A stretch of DNA of 45,923 nucleotides from Hydrurus foetidus (lineage: Eukaryota), in the NCBI GenBank assembly GCA_900617105.1, contig UYFQ01000297.1, positions 1 through 45,923 of the forward strand. Reading direction: 5' to 3'. The notes under the pieces were generated by a model. That model searched no databases and was not told the DNA's origin. It saw only the letters and a list, made by a program, of their open reading frames with translations. Made by a program: the position numbers and the translations under genes. This document shows, one piece after another, positions 10,753 through 24,731 of the stretch (within the stretch, counting starts at the first letter, position 1; every line of letters starts with the position of its first letter).

Positions 10753-12055
10753 ATGTCGGAGAAAGAACAGCAAGCATTTGGAGAATCGGAGCCCCACACC
10801 TCAGTGATAGGCAGCTTGACTTTTGTCGATCGATTCCTGTCAGTATGGATCATTTCCGCGATGATAATAGGAGTAGTGGTTGGATTTTACTCCCCCGTAA
10901 CGCAAGAGGGTCTCTCAAGAATCCACGGTTAGAGAACACATCGTCACATCGTCGCTTCTGCTATCATCATTAGTGCACTGTTTTCACTTTCCATTTACAT
11001 TGTTCCTGAGCAGTTGTTAATGTCAGCCTACCAGTTGCATTCGGGCTCTGGTTCATGATGTATCCAGTCCTTGTAAAAGTGCGTTGGGAGGAATTCGGCC
11101 ACTTGTTCAAGTTACGAGATACCTACACACAAATGGGCTTCAGCATCCTTGCAAACTGGGTTCGTCATGCTACCTGTTTCCAGTTGCGTTCATACAGACT
11201 TCAGAAATTTGCGGATACTCTAACATTTGTTCGTCATCCGTCATCACACATTAGGTCATAGGACCCTTCCTCATGTTAGCTGTCGCGTGGTTATGTTTAC
11301 CAGACAAACCTCTGTACCGAAACGGGGTCATTATCGTTGGACTTGCACGATGCATCGCCATGGTGTTAATTTGGAATCAGTTGGCAAGGGGTAATGCCGA
11401 ATACTGCGCCATTCTCGTTTCGATGAACAGCGTCCTCCAAATTATCCTCTACGCACCGCTAGCAATATTTTTTCTGGTGACAATCTCTGGACAATATCGA
11501 GAAAAAGGCGAATTCAATTTGAGTTTTCTTGACGTCTTCGAATCTGTCCTACTCTTTCTGGGCGTACCCCTCGTTGCCGCTTTGCTCACCAGAGTTGCTA
11601 TCTGTTACACCGCCGGTCGGGAATGGATGGAGACACATTTCAATCCTGTGATTGGACCTGTGGCTCTGATTGCACTCCTCTGGACGATTTTCGCGATCTT
11701 CTGCATCCAGGGGCGGAACATTGTGGAGAACATTGGAGATGTCTGCCGTGTGTCTGTACCCATGGTGGTATACTTCATCTTGATGTTCTTCAGCTCATTA
11801 ATCATGTGCCAGAAGCTTGGCTTTGGGTATGAAAAAGCTGTCACACAAGCATTCACAGCATCGAGCAACAACTTCGAGCTGGCTATCGCTGTGTCCGCAG
11901 CAACATTCGGTGCAAGCAGTCCAGAGGCACTAGCAGCAACGATTGGTCCTCTTGTTGAAGTTCCTGCACTGCTTGCATTTGTTTACGTGGCTCTGTGGCT
12001 GCAGCCCCGCATTAGCTGGGACAAGGCCGTGCCTGTGGAGGATGCTAAAGCGTAA
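10753..12055 (+). CDS. ACR3: ACR3 family arsenite/antimonite efflux transporter, 3 exons (10753-10927, 11014-11159, 11255-12055)
   Basis: Motifs VDRFLSVWI, VSLPVAFGLWFMMYP, NWVIGPFLM, GLARCIAMVLIWNQLA (conserved Cys), SNNFELAIAV and GPLVEVP. GT-AG introns keep the frame. Confidence 0.95.
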
Positions 12056-13068
12056 CCGCCATTTATCAATTACGAATGCACTATCAATTAACGCACATGC
12101 TACTCCCATGATCTCACTCATGGACCTTATTTCTTTTAGTACAAGTACTCCAGTGTTGGCATGATGCTGTGATGCAGCAAAACTGGTCGTAAATTACTCA
12201 TGCAATTTCCCAAAATTTCCCTTTCAAAATTTCCCTTTCAACTTTTTCCCTTTCAAATTCATACAAAATTCTTCGTTTATATATGCGCTCACTCATAATA
12301 TTTGCAACTACAACACAAATGCGCCAAATTTCGAAAGAGCACGCATAAATTTTGATTTGGTAACCTAAGCAACCTTCAAAATGCAGAAACAACTTCTTGT
12401 CTGTCGCTCGTCTTTCGACATCCTCGTAGTGATGCTTTGCTCTCCTGGAGTCACTAGTGATTTGCGACTTATGGAGAGGTTACAGCAGAGGTGGGCGGTA
12501 TCAGTCTCGACGCCATTTTAATCCGGCACATGCAACTTTCTTAAGAAGTTTTTGAATGAATGAAACCATGTGAGCGACGCCACTTTAGTAGTTTTTTAGT
12601 TGTCGAAACGCAGTACGGGATGATCCCTCTAAAATTTCGAAGACGGTACGAAGTATGAAAAATAAAGCAATTTGGCAATATAATCGACGGTGTACCTATG
12701 TGAGTGATTCGAAAGCTAAATCATAATTCAGAGACTTTTCATATTCACATATAACATTTTGAAAATTTTTATTTTTCAAGCATTCGATTGGAATTGCTCA
12801 GATTAAATTCCTGATAACAGCACAGTACTCAGTACTGTGTCCATAGTACCGGTATTTTCAGCTCTCTCAACTTCAACATGAGGCAAGATTAAAACCGGAT
12901 TCAACCGGATTGATTCAACAGATAAAAGATAAAAGATAAAATTTTCAATTCCTCCCCGAACATTCGTAGGATTCAGTCACACATCTGAAGAACTGCTCTA
13001 ATCTAAACTTTGAAAAATACAAGACACGTTAATCACAACGCTCCTCAAACCAGCAACTCTCTGTGACC

Positions 13069-13841
13069 ATGCCTCTTCATGTGGCTACCCATCCACTCAT
13101 TGCTCACAAATTGACCATTCTTAGAGATGTGAACACATCATCCCAAGATTTTAGGCGAGTTCTCAAAGAGATAACGTTCTACTTAGGATATGAAGCGACT
13201 AGGACACTGAAAGTTGCCAGTGTGGAAATTAGCACTCCCGTGGCAACGACAGAGGGTTGCAAGTTGGTCGAAACTCTCTCCATCATACCGATTTTGAGAG
13301 CAGGAACTGGAATGAGCGATGCCATGTTGGATTTGATACCCAAAGCCGCAGTCCACCACATTGGTAATCTAAGCATGTCTCATTGTCTGAAATACACAGC
13401 GCAAAACCAACTCGTTAAGCTAATCTATTCTTCCTAGGAATGTACCGTTCGAAAGGCACTCGTCTCCCAGTTCAGTACTACAATCGCCTTCCGAAGGAGA
13501 AGGCCTCAGACGTTGCATTTATCCTAGATCCTTGCATTGCAACTGCGGAAACGATTCGAGCAGTATGCTCCATAGTAGAGCGATGGGGAGCAAAGAGAAT
13601 CGTAGTCGTGTCGATAATTGGCGCCAAGGAAGGCATCGAGAAATTACTCGCCCTACACCCCAACCTCGAAATTTTCGTTGGGACTGTGGACGATGGGTTA
13701 ACTGTCGATGGTGCCATATTTCCAGGCATAGGTGACGCTGGTGATAGACTGTTTGGAACTCCATCGGAAACGCTAGTTGAGAACGGCAGCGATGACTCTT
13801 CGAAAAGACAAAAGACAAACGACTCGAACTTGGTGGCATAA
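13069..13841 (+). CDS. upp: Uracil phosphoribosyltransferase, 2 exons (13069-13363, 13438-13841)
   Basis: Motifs HPLIAHKLTILRD, IPILRAG, HHIGMYR across the intron, LDPCIAT and PGIGDAGDRLFGT. Confidence 0.95.
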
Positions 13842-14031
13842 TATGACGGAAGCACATTCGGAGAGTTGTGGAGAAGCGAACAATGCGCACTAAATTCATT
13901 TTTCGTTTCTGTATTTTGGACATAGATCGCTAATTGTTAAAAGTTTGCAAGATATCTGGAGATTGTTCGTCACACTTCTATTAGTTTAAGAATAGAGGAA
14001 GGAACAAGAATTCCACATTGCAAATAACATA

Positions 14032-16635
14032 TTAGTCCGTAAAAAATATGCTTTTTACATCATCTTGCCCGAATTTATCACCACAGGCAGGACATTTCCG
14101 ATGCCTGTTACGCAAATTCTCTTCGATGCATTCTTTGCAGAATAAGTGAAAACACCTTGTGAGAGCGACTTCCTTGAAGCGATCCTTGCAGACTGAGCAG
14201 CGCAACATTCCGAGAGTCATCTCAAGCATTGCAGCATCCTCGTGGTTCAAGTGACCAGAGTTACTGCTATTGCTATTGCTGCTACCGTTTTTCTCCTTCT
14301 TCACTACTTTTGATTTCTGCTCTCGCTGAGCTTCCATTCTGAATGAGGAACAACAAAGTGACGAATGTGATAATGAAGTGCGTCAGAACTATTGATACTC
14401 TTCTTAAAAAATGAGCGGATTGCGAATAAAGGAAGTACCTTAATTTTCGCTCCATCTCCCACTGCATCGAGAGCTCGTCACATCTACTCTGCAATTCAAA
14501 GTTACGTTTCTTGGACGTTTCTACTGAATATTCTGCAAGTTTTATTTTCTGTTCCGCTTCTACCAGCAGCTGTTCGTTTCGGTGTCTATTTGAGCTTTCC
14601 TCAGCTTCCATTTTCTTCATACCCCTGACATCAGTGCGTGCGGACTGCTCAGCGGCTCTTAGTTGAAGAATGAGTGAGTCCTGCTGCTTCATCACACTTT
14701 GAATTATCTCGATCCTAAAAAGTGCGTGTGCGTGAGTGTGGTGGTAACTTTAAACTCACGAAGATTGCACACTTTAAGTAGGGATGTCTTCAAATGTGAG
14801 ATACGTTCCATGACGGTGTGTAAGAGGGCATTGTAACCCACCTGTTCTCAACTTCGGATTGTTTCGATTTCATCTCTGCAATTTGTTCCTGTAACTTGAG
14901 ATTTTCTTCGAGAACTCCTCGTTGCATCGCTTGACTGTTTTTGTGTGTGTGAATGAATAACATCAGAGTAGGGGTCAAGTCAAGCTGCATCAGACCATGT
15001 GTGATACATCATCACGTCTTGTCTGTATTTGATATACACGGAGCAGACACCATTTACATGCTAACAGCACATATTACAGCGCACGAATGCATAGTCTGAA
15101 GTGCGTACGACTTACCTATCAGCCATTTGACGCAATATCCGAGCACTCTGTTCCCTTGACCTAGCCTCTTCTACACTCACCGACTCGATCTCTAGAATAA
15201 GATCATTCAGACTCGCCCTCGCTTCGTCAAGCTCTATTTGAGTTTCTCTCGCTCTCTCTTGTGCTTGCCGTAATGTCAGCATTGCAATTTCTCTCAGATG
15301 GGGAGGGTCTCCCTTTTCTTCCGTATTGCCTGGCACCAATAAAGGGTTGGTGTCTGCCTCATTGGATACTTGAGTAAGGGGGTTGAGACCGATGCTACCC
15401 GGTGTCAGAGCCCTCCAACTGTTGTCAGCACCATTGAATGAGTCTGACTGTAAGCTGCTACTGCTGTTGGTTATATCGTAAGGGCTCCTGCCTATGTGGA
15501 GGGATCCGTTATCATTTACACCGCTACTGCTCATTTTACCGTAAGAGTTCCCGCTCCCACTGCTACTACTGGGTGCCTGACCATTAGGAACCCCGGACCC
15601 TACACCACCCGCAGATTCAAGTAGTCCCAGGCGGACTTCGTACCCTATTTCCCTCACTCTAGAACTCGATAAATGGGTTTGTAGCCTCTCTTGCGATGCT
15701 GATATGGATGCTATGTGCTGCTGCAACTTGAGACATTCTGAACGTGCAGAAGATTCTAGAATGGATAACTCACCCACCTAGGTGACAGAATAATTTCAAT
15801 CATGTTAGATACCCGCATCAAGATTGTCAATATATCCAATGTGCAGCACATCTAATTACCAATACCTTTCAATGAGGTAACATCTTATCCTTGATCGTTA
15901 TATCATACGGTACTGCATTCAATACCGTGCAAAAGCAAAATGCAGAATAGCGCAAGGCAAATGAAGAAAACACCCAAAAGTGGACAACCAAATGCAACCT
16001 AACATAACATGGCAATATCGAACCTGCAATTTCAGCTGATTAGTGGTCGAGATATCAGCTTGTGCGGCGAATAATGAGGCCTGAAACTCCTCTTTCTTCT
16101 CATCCGCTGCCTTTATCTCTGAAGTGGCTGTGGCAACTGCCAGGGCGCACCTCTGCTCACAGGAAGTCTCCAGAGCCATTATCGCAACTTCAAGATCGGA
16201 TACTCGTTCTTGCAGTGCAGCGCCCTACAGGGATACAGAGGATAGAAAAAAAACAGACGACAGATCACCATAAGTGGCAAAGACAGAGTGTATATCTTAT
16301 ATCATCATGTGGTAGAAATGTGTGCAGCTGCGAAGATCAGAGTCCGAATACTTCTCAATTTATCACACGGTAAATAGAGATGGAGAATAGTCCACTAGCA
16401 GCCACAGGCACCCATGTCAGTAAAAAGTGGCGTGTTACAGCGATAAAAAGCACACACACCAGTGCATACAAAATGGTACTGTATTTGATACTGTTCCATA
16501 GCTCCCGTCACACAATTTACAGGATGCAAACCGATTATCTAACCTCGGATATCAGCGATGTTACTCTTTGTCGTCCTTGATGTCTCAGGTCCTCCATTGC
16601 CCTACGCATGTCAGCAACCTGAAAAAGAAAAGAAG

Positions 16636-16674
<39 letters not shown>

Positions 16675-18197
16675 CAATCTAGAGAAATGATGAGAGGTAA
16701 AGCCTCTCAAGAATACTCCTCCGAAATTATCCCAGTCGGGCAAGGTATTACACTAGAAGTGCGTAGTGGTATTTTCTCAGGGTGCGATAAGAATTAATGA
16801 TGGCAAGTACAATTGAAAAGGGTTGTACAGATAACACACGACAGCGCTGCCCTCACCTGCGCTTCTGTTTGACTGAGAGGACGTGCCAGTCTTTCCGTCA
16901 AAGTCATCTCTGCTTTCGCCTTTGCTCCCTCACTTTCTGCAAGTTGTCTCTCTAGAATGGTTATCTTCAAGGACATGTCCTTCACACCATCCGCGTCGTT
17001 CACCGGATCGGATCCTGGACCAGATTCCAGAGAGGATGAGGGGTTGCCGTCAGCTGAGCTGCTGTTACTAAATCCATTGGCTATTTGCCTTGAGTGTTCA
17101 GTGACAGCGCGGTCAAGAGCTTTCTCAGAATGATTTCTCTTCTGCTCGCATGTGTGTAGCTGTGCACGCAGTTTCACTATTTCGCAGCTGAGTTTAACAG
17201 TGCGGTCCTTTAGGGCGAATATTTCGGCGTGCAGCGCCTTGGCGTCAGCTATCGCTCCTAGACTATCCGGAAGATGATTCAGCAGACCGGAGTCACTCAG
17301 CACGAAACAAAGTCTCTCTAGTAGAGTCAAAGTGAAGGAGGCGTGTCCGCGTAACGTTTCGTCCACTTTCCCTCCGAACTCTCTATCGATTGAGTTATCT
17401 GACCCGCTTTTACTCGCTACACTTCTCTCACTTGAATGCGCCCTCAAAGTCTTTGTGGCTATTCCTATGGCTTTATCGATGTCTTCTGCTGAGGACCACT
17501 CGTCCACTAATAGTTTAGGGAGTCCAGTCATGTCGGTGGGATCGAGGGAATGAAAATTAGATCCCGCATGCATTAGTCGGAATAGCAGCTCAGTGTTTCC
17601 TCCAGCGTCCGCTAGTTGCTCGGTATCACCGAATCCATCGAGCAACATGCTTGCGTCCATGTCAAGCTAGATGGAAGTAAATTAAGCGTAGTTACAGTCA
17701 GCTCATGACTGGCAGCTGTTTGTTGATATGAAACTCGTCGATGCGATTTCACTGTCCGATGGAAGTATCAGGCGGTAAAACAATTGTAGTTTCAAGACCC
17801 TTAAAGCAGTTGTAACAGTAACCACGTAAAAAATTCTACAGATCAATGGAGTAGACGAAACTTAATCTGCACAGATAACATTCAATTCAATTCAATTCAA
17901 TTGTACCTGTGACCACGCACGCTGAATAATACTGACGAGGGATTCCATTTCTCGTGATTTGCCTCTAATCAAATCGAGTTCTTTCCTTGCTTCTGATAGT
18001 TGCCTTTTGTATCGAAGCATTTCTAAACTCAGTGCCCTATTCTGGCTCTTCAGGTGAAACATGGAACTAGAGCTAGCCTCCTGCACAAAGCACACCGCAA
18101 ATATGAATGCAATTAGATCAATCGAAAATTGGCATAAAGAGAGTGACGATTCCAGTACCTCGACCAGATCGGACTGCTCTGAATACGTTCTTTTCAT
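14032..18197 (-). CDS. BRE1: BRE1-like H2B E3 ubiquitin ligase, multi-exon
   Basis: Long coiled-coil exons (LKSQNRALS..., IIQRAWSQ, LILEIESVS...EQSARILRQMA). C-terminal C3HC4 RING CSVCKDRFKEVALTRCFHLFCKECIEENLRNRHRKCPAC. Not all internal exon boundaries were resolved. Confidence 0.88.
16636..16674. repeat. (TAAA)n microsatellite in a BRE1 intron
   Basis: About 10 direct copies. Confidence 0.9.
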
Positions 18198-18545
18198 TTA
18201 TGATAATATTAATATTGGAATAGATAGCGGGACTTCCGAGCAGTTTTATTTCGGAGTTCAATCTCTGCTATTTGAAACGCCAGATAACGGCAGGATGGCA
18301 ATTGACTCTCGAGCGCCAGCTAATTATTTCGAGTTTCAGGCCACGTTGAAAAATGAGATGAAGTTGAATGTCCACGGTGAAGCCGGCATCTAATGAGGGC
18401 AATTGGCAGCGCCCGGATCATTCAAAACTTGTCGGTCCAGATACATGAGAAACATCATCCGTGAAACTCCGGCTAGTTTCATGGAGTACTGCAATGCACT
18501 GACATGTATGTGTGCATGTGTTATCGCATCCTTCTAAACTGTGTA

Positions 18546-18587
18546 CTGAGTGCTGAGTGCTGAGTGCTGAGTGCTGAGTGCTGAGTG
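18546..18587. repeat. (CTGAGTG)6 heptamer repeat in the BRE1/UBA3 divergent intergenic region
   Basis: Six perfect copies. Confidence 0.9.
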
Positions 18588-18801
18588 ACTGTTGTGTGCT
18601 GTGTTTTGTACGGACTACGGACGGGTACAGATTTATAGATTATGATACGATATAAGCTATATATTTTCGTATTCCATTATGTGTGTATCGTACATCCATC
18701 AGCAACGAGCGAGAAGAACCCACTCCTCTTGTTTCTTGTTTGACACCTCATAACTCTACAGAAAGTCAGTCGAAGGGCATCCAATCTTCAACATAACGAG
18801 T

Positions 18802-20506
18802 ATGGATTGCCCGCCATCATCTGACGCAACTTGCAAATTTTATCCTCTTAATCGAATACTAAAACGCGCGAGTGCATTCGGAAATGAAACTGGAAAGCTT
18901 GCAATTGGTGAATTTTGGTGAGAATATGTTTCCATCTCCTCAATACAGCATGGGCGTACCAGCTTAAACTCTTAATACTGCTTTCTGAATACACAATAGC
19001 CCAGAACAAGACCTATTGGGAAATCTTCAGAAATCGGTGAAAGTACTTGTTGTTGGCGCTGGTGGTCTTGGTTGCGAGATCTTGAAAAACCTAGCTCTTT
19101 CAGGCGTAGGGCTTATACATGTTATAGGTTAGGGTCACAAAATTACCTTCAGTCAGCTCTGCATCATTTCTTCGATAAACATTCCTACAATTTGGCCTCA
19201 TTCAAATATCACGACCTGCCCTTGTGCGACAGACCTTGACACAATCGATGTCAGCAATCTCAATCGGCAATTTCTGTTTAGAGCGAAAGACGTCGGAAGA
19301 GGCAAAGCGGAGACTGCTGCAGAATTTATCATGAAGAAGGTGCCTGGATGTACCGTGATTCCGCATACAGGGAGAATCCAAGACTTCGATGAAGATTTCT
19401 ACAGGCAATTTCAAATCATAGTATCCGGACTCGACAATATTGAAGCGAGGCGATGGCTAAACAGCGTCATTGTTGGCATGGTGAGCCTACATCAGTAACT
19501 GCAGTCTCTTCTGTTCGTCACCCTTTCTATTCTTACAAAATAGATCTATTTCATTAGAAAAGATTCACTGCACTTACATTTGACGCAATATATTTGTCGT
19601 AGGTTCAATACGATTCTGACGGTGATCCAGATCCAAGCACAATAATACCAATAGTTGATGGAGGCACGGAGGGTCTTAAAGGTCAAGCACGTGTCATTAT
19701 TCCTAAGATTACTTCCTGCTTCGAATGTTCTCTGGATTCTTTCCCCCCTCAACAAGGTGCGTTTGCAGAATACTGCAGTCAATAATCGTAATCCTGTCAT
19801 TCTTACAATCACCCTGAACTCGATCTTCCGTGTAGGATTTCCTATGTGCACTATTGCCGAGAATCCTCGAGTAGCGGAGCACTGCATAGCATACGCCTTC
19901 ATCGTGGAATGGGAAAAACACTTTCCAGAGCAGAAGTTGAACAAGGACAGTCCTGAAGATATGCAGTGGGTGTACGAGAGAGCGCTTGAAAGAGCTCGTA
20001 AATTCAATATAGAGGGCGTGACGTACTTCAAGACCATGGGAGTGGTGAAGAATATTATTCCTGCAGTCGCCTCAACGAATGCGATCATATCTGCTGCCTG
20101 TGTGAATGAGGCGCTGAAATTGCTGACCTACTTCGCACAGACTTTGAACACGTACTACATGTACATGGGGTCCCAGGGTCTCTACTCCCCCACATTCGAA
20201 TACGGCCCAAAAGAATCCTGCATAGTGTGTGCATCTTCTACAAAGCAAATGACAATACCCAAGAATCTTCTTCTACGGGATTTCTTACAACTCCTGTGCG
20301 ATGACATCGGTCTACAGCTGAAGAAGCCCTCAGCAGTCGGAGAGTCGATGACTCTGTATATGCGCAGCCCTCCCTCTTTAGAAGAGGCGTTGAAGAAGAA
20401 CTTGGATTTGCCCATGGGTGAATTAGTGCGGTGTGGGGAGACAGTGCTTGTAACAGATCCCATGCTACGAGACGTGTCGCTCTCCATCATTGTGACCTTG
20501 TCTTAG
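18802..20506 (+). CDS. UBA3: NEDD8-activating enzyme E1 catalytic subunit, about 5 exons
   Basis: Motifs [54 protein letters not shown], catalytic [32 protein letters not shown] and a C-terminal E2-binding domain (LQLKKPS...PPSLEE). Confidence 0.95.
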
Positions 20507-20948
20507 TCATCTATCGTTTCCTGTACTCACTCTGTAGTCGCGACAACAAGACTTGCACCCTATCACTGTACACCAAAACCTTCGTAATCATCTAAGCCGG
20601 AATGTGAAGTAATTTGAATTGAAGTTTAATGGGACGGTCAAACATACGTACAGATAGACATAATTATAGTCATCTTAAGCGAATTGAGCTATCCGAGCTG
20701 TCAGTATTGTTATTGTGGCGCTACTGTAGTTGTGTACTCAGCTGTTGCTAATGTGTCGAGTGGGGTGTACTGTGCGGTTTCAGCACGTCTACTTACCACA
20801 CATATATGATATCATTTCTCATATTTAACGAAATTACTTGCTCAGCATAGACAATATTTATTACAAATGTATTCATAGATAACAGACATCGGACATATGG
20901 AACATTATCCAAATTGTTGTACGTACTCAGGACTGCACAGAACGTGCG

Positions 20949-23728
20949 TCACGCTGGATAGGTAGAACGAAACTCTCGGTACTCGTTGAGCTGGTTTATT
21001 ATAGCAGCTGCTACAGCCTGAGGATTCACGGATATTCGATGAAATCAACAGATGAAGATGCAAAGTAGCAGTTGCAAAGACATCAAAAGTCGACGAGTTT
21101 TCAAACATCTAACCGCATCAAATCTAAGGAATAGCATGGCGCGTATCAATGCTATCAACACAAAACAACTTGCTGACTTACCGCAGTACCACTTTCACAC
21201 CACGGCGCGTCAGGAAAGCTGACAAGGGCGGGGGGCATGGAGAAATAGGCCCCCTTGGATTTGGAGGAGGTGGAGGCGCAGGACCCCCTCCCCGGGGAGA
21301 CTCCTTCTCTGGACCCCCCTGAGGGATCGCTGCCAGCTCTGACGTCACTGTCATAGGCGTGCGTCAGCACCGTAGACTGATCCGCCCATGCGAAGGGCAT
21401 GTCTTCGTCATCCTCTTCCACTCCTCTGTGTTCGTTGTCCTCTTCTTCCTCTTCGCTGCGGTCATGGTCATCATCTTCTGCGTACGGGAAGGAGGTGCGT
21501 CTGCCTCCTAACCCAACACCTTTATACCGACCACCCGTTTTATCCTGAAACAACGCCATGTCCTCGCTGACGTTGACGTGGTCAGCAGGGTGACCGTAAC
21601 CGGATTTCCCGCTAACCTGCCCTTGAGAGGATTGATGGGTCTGGGAGCGAGGGAGACACACGATGCCACTAGCGGAAGTACCGTATGGATCGCTGAAAGA
21701 CACGGAAGTGTCGAATGGGGACTTAGGCAATGCGACATGGAGGCTCAGCGCAATACAGTCAGAGACAAAGGGTGGCTGCAGTGCGTTTTTAATATTGACC
21801 TGGGGGATGATATGATTGGTTTGAAGAATACTTCAGATCGATGCAAGGAGGAAAATAGATGCAAGCCAAAACAGGTTATTCAGTGGATATGAGATATGAT
21901 ATCTCACAGTGATTTGGTGTTGATGGTGGTCAACATCTCCTAGGGGTGTTCTTTCGCTTGACACGCCTTTGCTGTAGAGGGTCATGGCACCTCGCTGAGA
22001 CTCCAACAGCCGGTTCCCCGCACTGCTGACACTCACCCCCACTTGTGGGGAGGTGGACATCAGCTGCGTAGAGCACTCTAGATAGGGGGGACTGATACCC
22101 GACACCCCACTAGTTATTGCCGCGTCACCCTCTGCTTCACTAGTCATGCCCGTGAACGCACTGCCACTACGGGCTCTTCCCTCTCTCCCGATACTATCCC
22201 TGTGAACTGCTCCACCTACACCAGCATGATATATGGTAGTCCCATTGATGAAGAAAGGATTGCCCCCTCCTGGACTCGTTCCAGAATCACTCACAAGAGA
22301 TCCAGCGGCTGACGCTTGGCCATGACGATTAACATTATCCTGAGAAGCCACAGCACCACTAAGTCCTTGATGGTTTTGATTTTGATTTAGACTGAATGAA
22401 TATCGGCTACTGCTACTAGCCTGTTGAGGGCGTTGTGGATGCTTTGGAGGTGTTGCGAGTGAAGGCCCAGGGTCCTCGAATCGCATCGGATGGTTGGGAG
22501 GGGATGTCCCGTCCGTCTGTCCGTACTGCCCCTGGTCCCGACCCTGCAATTGATCCCTCTGATTCTGCCATCTCATGTTTACTGGGGAGTGCAATTCCTG
22601 CGGTCTAGAATCCAGAGATCGTGAATGTTGCGTTGAGTGATCTGCATGTCCCGGTTGTTGTCCTCTTTGCAGACCATATGAATCTTTGTCCCTTTCTTCA
22701 TTCCTTCCACCATTTCCATCAGCGTTCATTTGATCAAATGATGCTGGATAATTAGCGATTCCCGACATTGAAGACACATGGTGTCTCGGTTGGGTCTTCT
22801 CACTCATTGAGTGGTGACTTGGAAGTGGACCTCCTCCTGCTCCTAGTCTTATTCCAGGAATAGGAATAGGGACTGTAGACCGTATATTCCCGAAACTTCC
22901 TCGACCTTCAAGAAACGAAAAAAATCGTCATTTATGCAAATGCATAGAAAATATGATTATAGCAATATACCTGGATGCGAATTAGATGGCAATATCTCAG
23001 ACGGTGTGCTCAGTAATCCTCGGGGTATTTGTAGAATCCTCTGCAAATGATAGTCAGTAGATAGGAATTGTAGGCTCAAAAAGCTTCTCAAATATTGCGA
23101 GAAAAACAAATAATTCAAAGTAAGCTAGTATCACAATAATAGAAAAACTTCTCACCTCAAGATCTTTAATAGCCATATAGCGCACCCCCAGATACAAAGT
23201 ACCCCGAAATGTCTGAATTCGCGGAAAGTCATAATAAGAAGTATCGCCAACAAAGTTTCGAGATGAAGGCTGCTCCGGATTGTATAAACGAAAAATCAAA
23301 GTGGGAATACTAGGGCACATGTGCAGCAGCTGGAATCCGGGAAGGAGTCTGACGAAGCAGTAAAGAGTGCGCATCAGAGTGATGATCCTTCTGCTGACAG
23401 AGCTGAGTCTGCCATCCTTTGTATCATCCTTCCGTTTGTAAATTATCTTCCATCTTTCCATGAGTTGAAAGTCGCCACTCTGTTGATCAAATACTGAGAC
23501 ATCTATCACCAGAGGCGAATTAAGGTTGATCCTCCAGTCTCGTAACACTTGGCAGCAGTAATCTGAGTTGTCCTTGAATGAGGCGATGTCTTTGGACTGA
23601 GGACAAGATATAATCTCGGGCTCTAATGTACATCTCCTTCCCTGCAAAATAATATCTGAACTCTTCTGGAAACAGTCGAAGACCAGTGAATCTATTTTAT
23701 GACTTAAAGTTCCCACGTTATCGGACAT
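20949..23728 (-). CDS. ATG13: Autophagy-related protein 13 (HORMA domain plus disordered S/G-rich tail), multi-exon
   Basis: N-terminal exon with IILQGR...LMERWKI...IITLMRTLYCFVRLLPGFQL. Disordered exons follow, including EDDEDMPFA. The probable last exon is AVAAAIINQLNEYREF...*; the 3' end is uncertain. Confidence 0.8.
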
Positions 23729-24144
23729 GATGAGTAATGACCGTGAGTGCGGCAGAGTTCACGAAAGTTCTCGATTTTGCTAACTACAAAGATGGGAGCT
23801 GACGTTTTGCTGAAGATTGGGTTTAAAAATCAGCTATTCGCACTGTTCTTGTATCGTTCCCTCCTTGAATCTCAACTTGCATGTGCAGCGACTCAGTTGA
23901 TAGCGGTCTATTCATAGTGTTGCAAACCATCCATGATAGGTTCTGTCATTTATGGTTTGCTAGAGAAAAAGTCACTATGGAGTCGTAAGAGTGGTTCTAC
24001 TTTAGGACTCCTTTGTTTCTCATGAAAGAAATAGTCATGATAACTTCGTTAAGTTTCCCACAGTAATCACTCCTCCTCCTCACGAGTCAACATGTCAACA
24101 TACGGATGACCCGACCCCAGACCTCACACCTCACCTCAACTGGC

Positions 24145-24460
24145 TGTTGAGGATTATTTTTAATTCCGAGACACCGACAACTTCCGCAAAGACTGCCAGT
24201 TCACCGATAATGCCCAAGAATCGTAGATATTATCGAAATATGCTAGAAACTAGATATTAAAACTTGTGCGCTATCATTCCCATTGATAGACACGAAGCTA
24301 CCTAAATTGCAGTTACAGTACAAATCCTAATCTACGATCCATGACGTGTGGATGCCGTCATATCTTTCATGCATGAAATCAATCCGTTGAAGACACTACA
24401 CATACGGATCCACCCGGTTACAATCCTACATCAAAGTTCCTGATCCCAGAAACTCCAACA
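24145..24460 (-). repeat. 3' LTR (316 bp)
   Basis: Runs tgttga...ccaaca and matches 29457-29759 with 3 substitutions seen. Confidence 0.95.
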
Positions 24461-24731
24461 CACCCCTAGGACTGTAAATAGGTGGTACTCATGAAGCAAG
24501 GCAACCAACAGAATAAAAAATGATCATAACATTTACAGCGACTAGACTATATAAAAGCTTATGTCTCTTCTCAAAGGATGACATCCTTTTCACTTCGTTT
24601 GATTTCTGTCACGACTATGGAAGGCACTCCCCATCCTGTGAGACTTGCTTTCTTATAGACGAACTGAGAACCCTGGAGGGGTTTTGTCAGTACATTCGCA
24701 TACATCTCTTTTGTGCCCTTATGCACTATTC

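Noticed and set aside
14032..23728. Functional cluster of ubiquitin, NEDD8 and autophagy genes
   Set aside because: These are common housekeeping genes of different pathways, and adjacency alone is not evidence.
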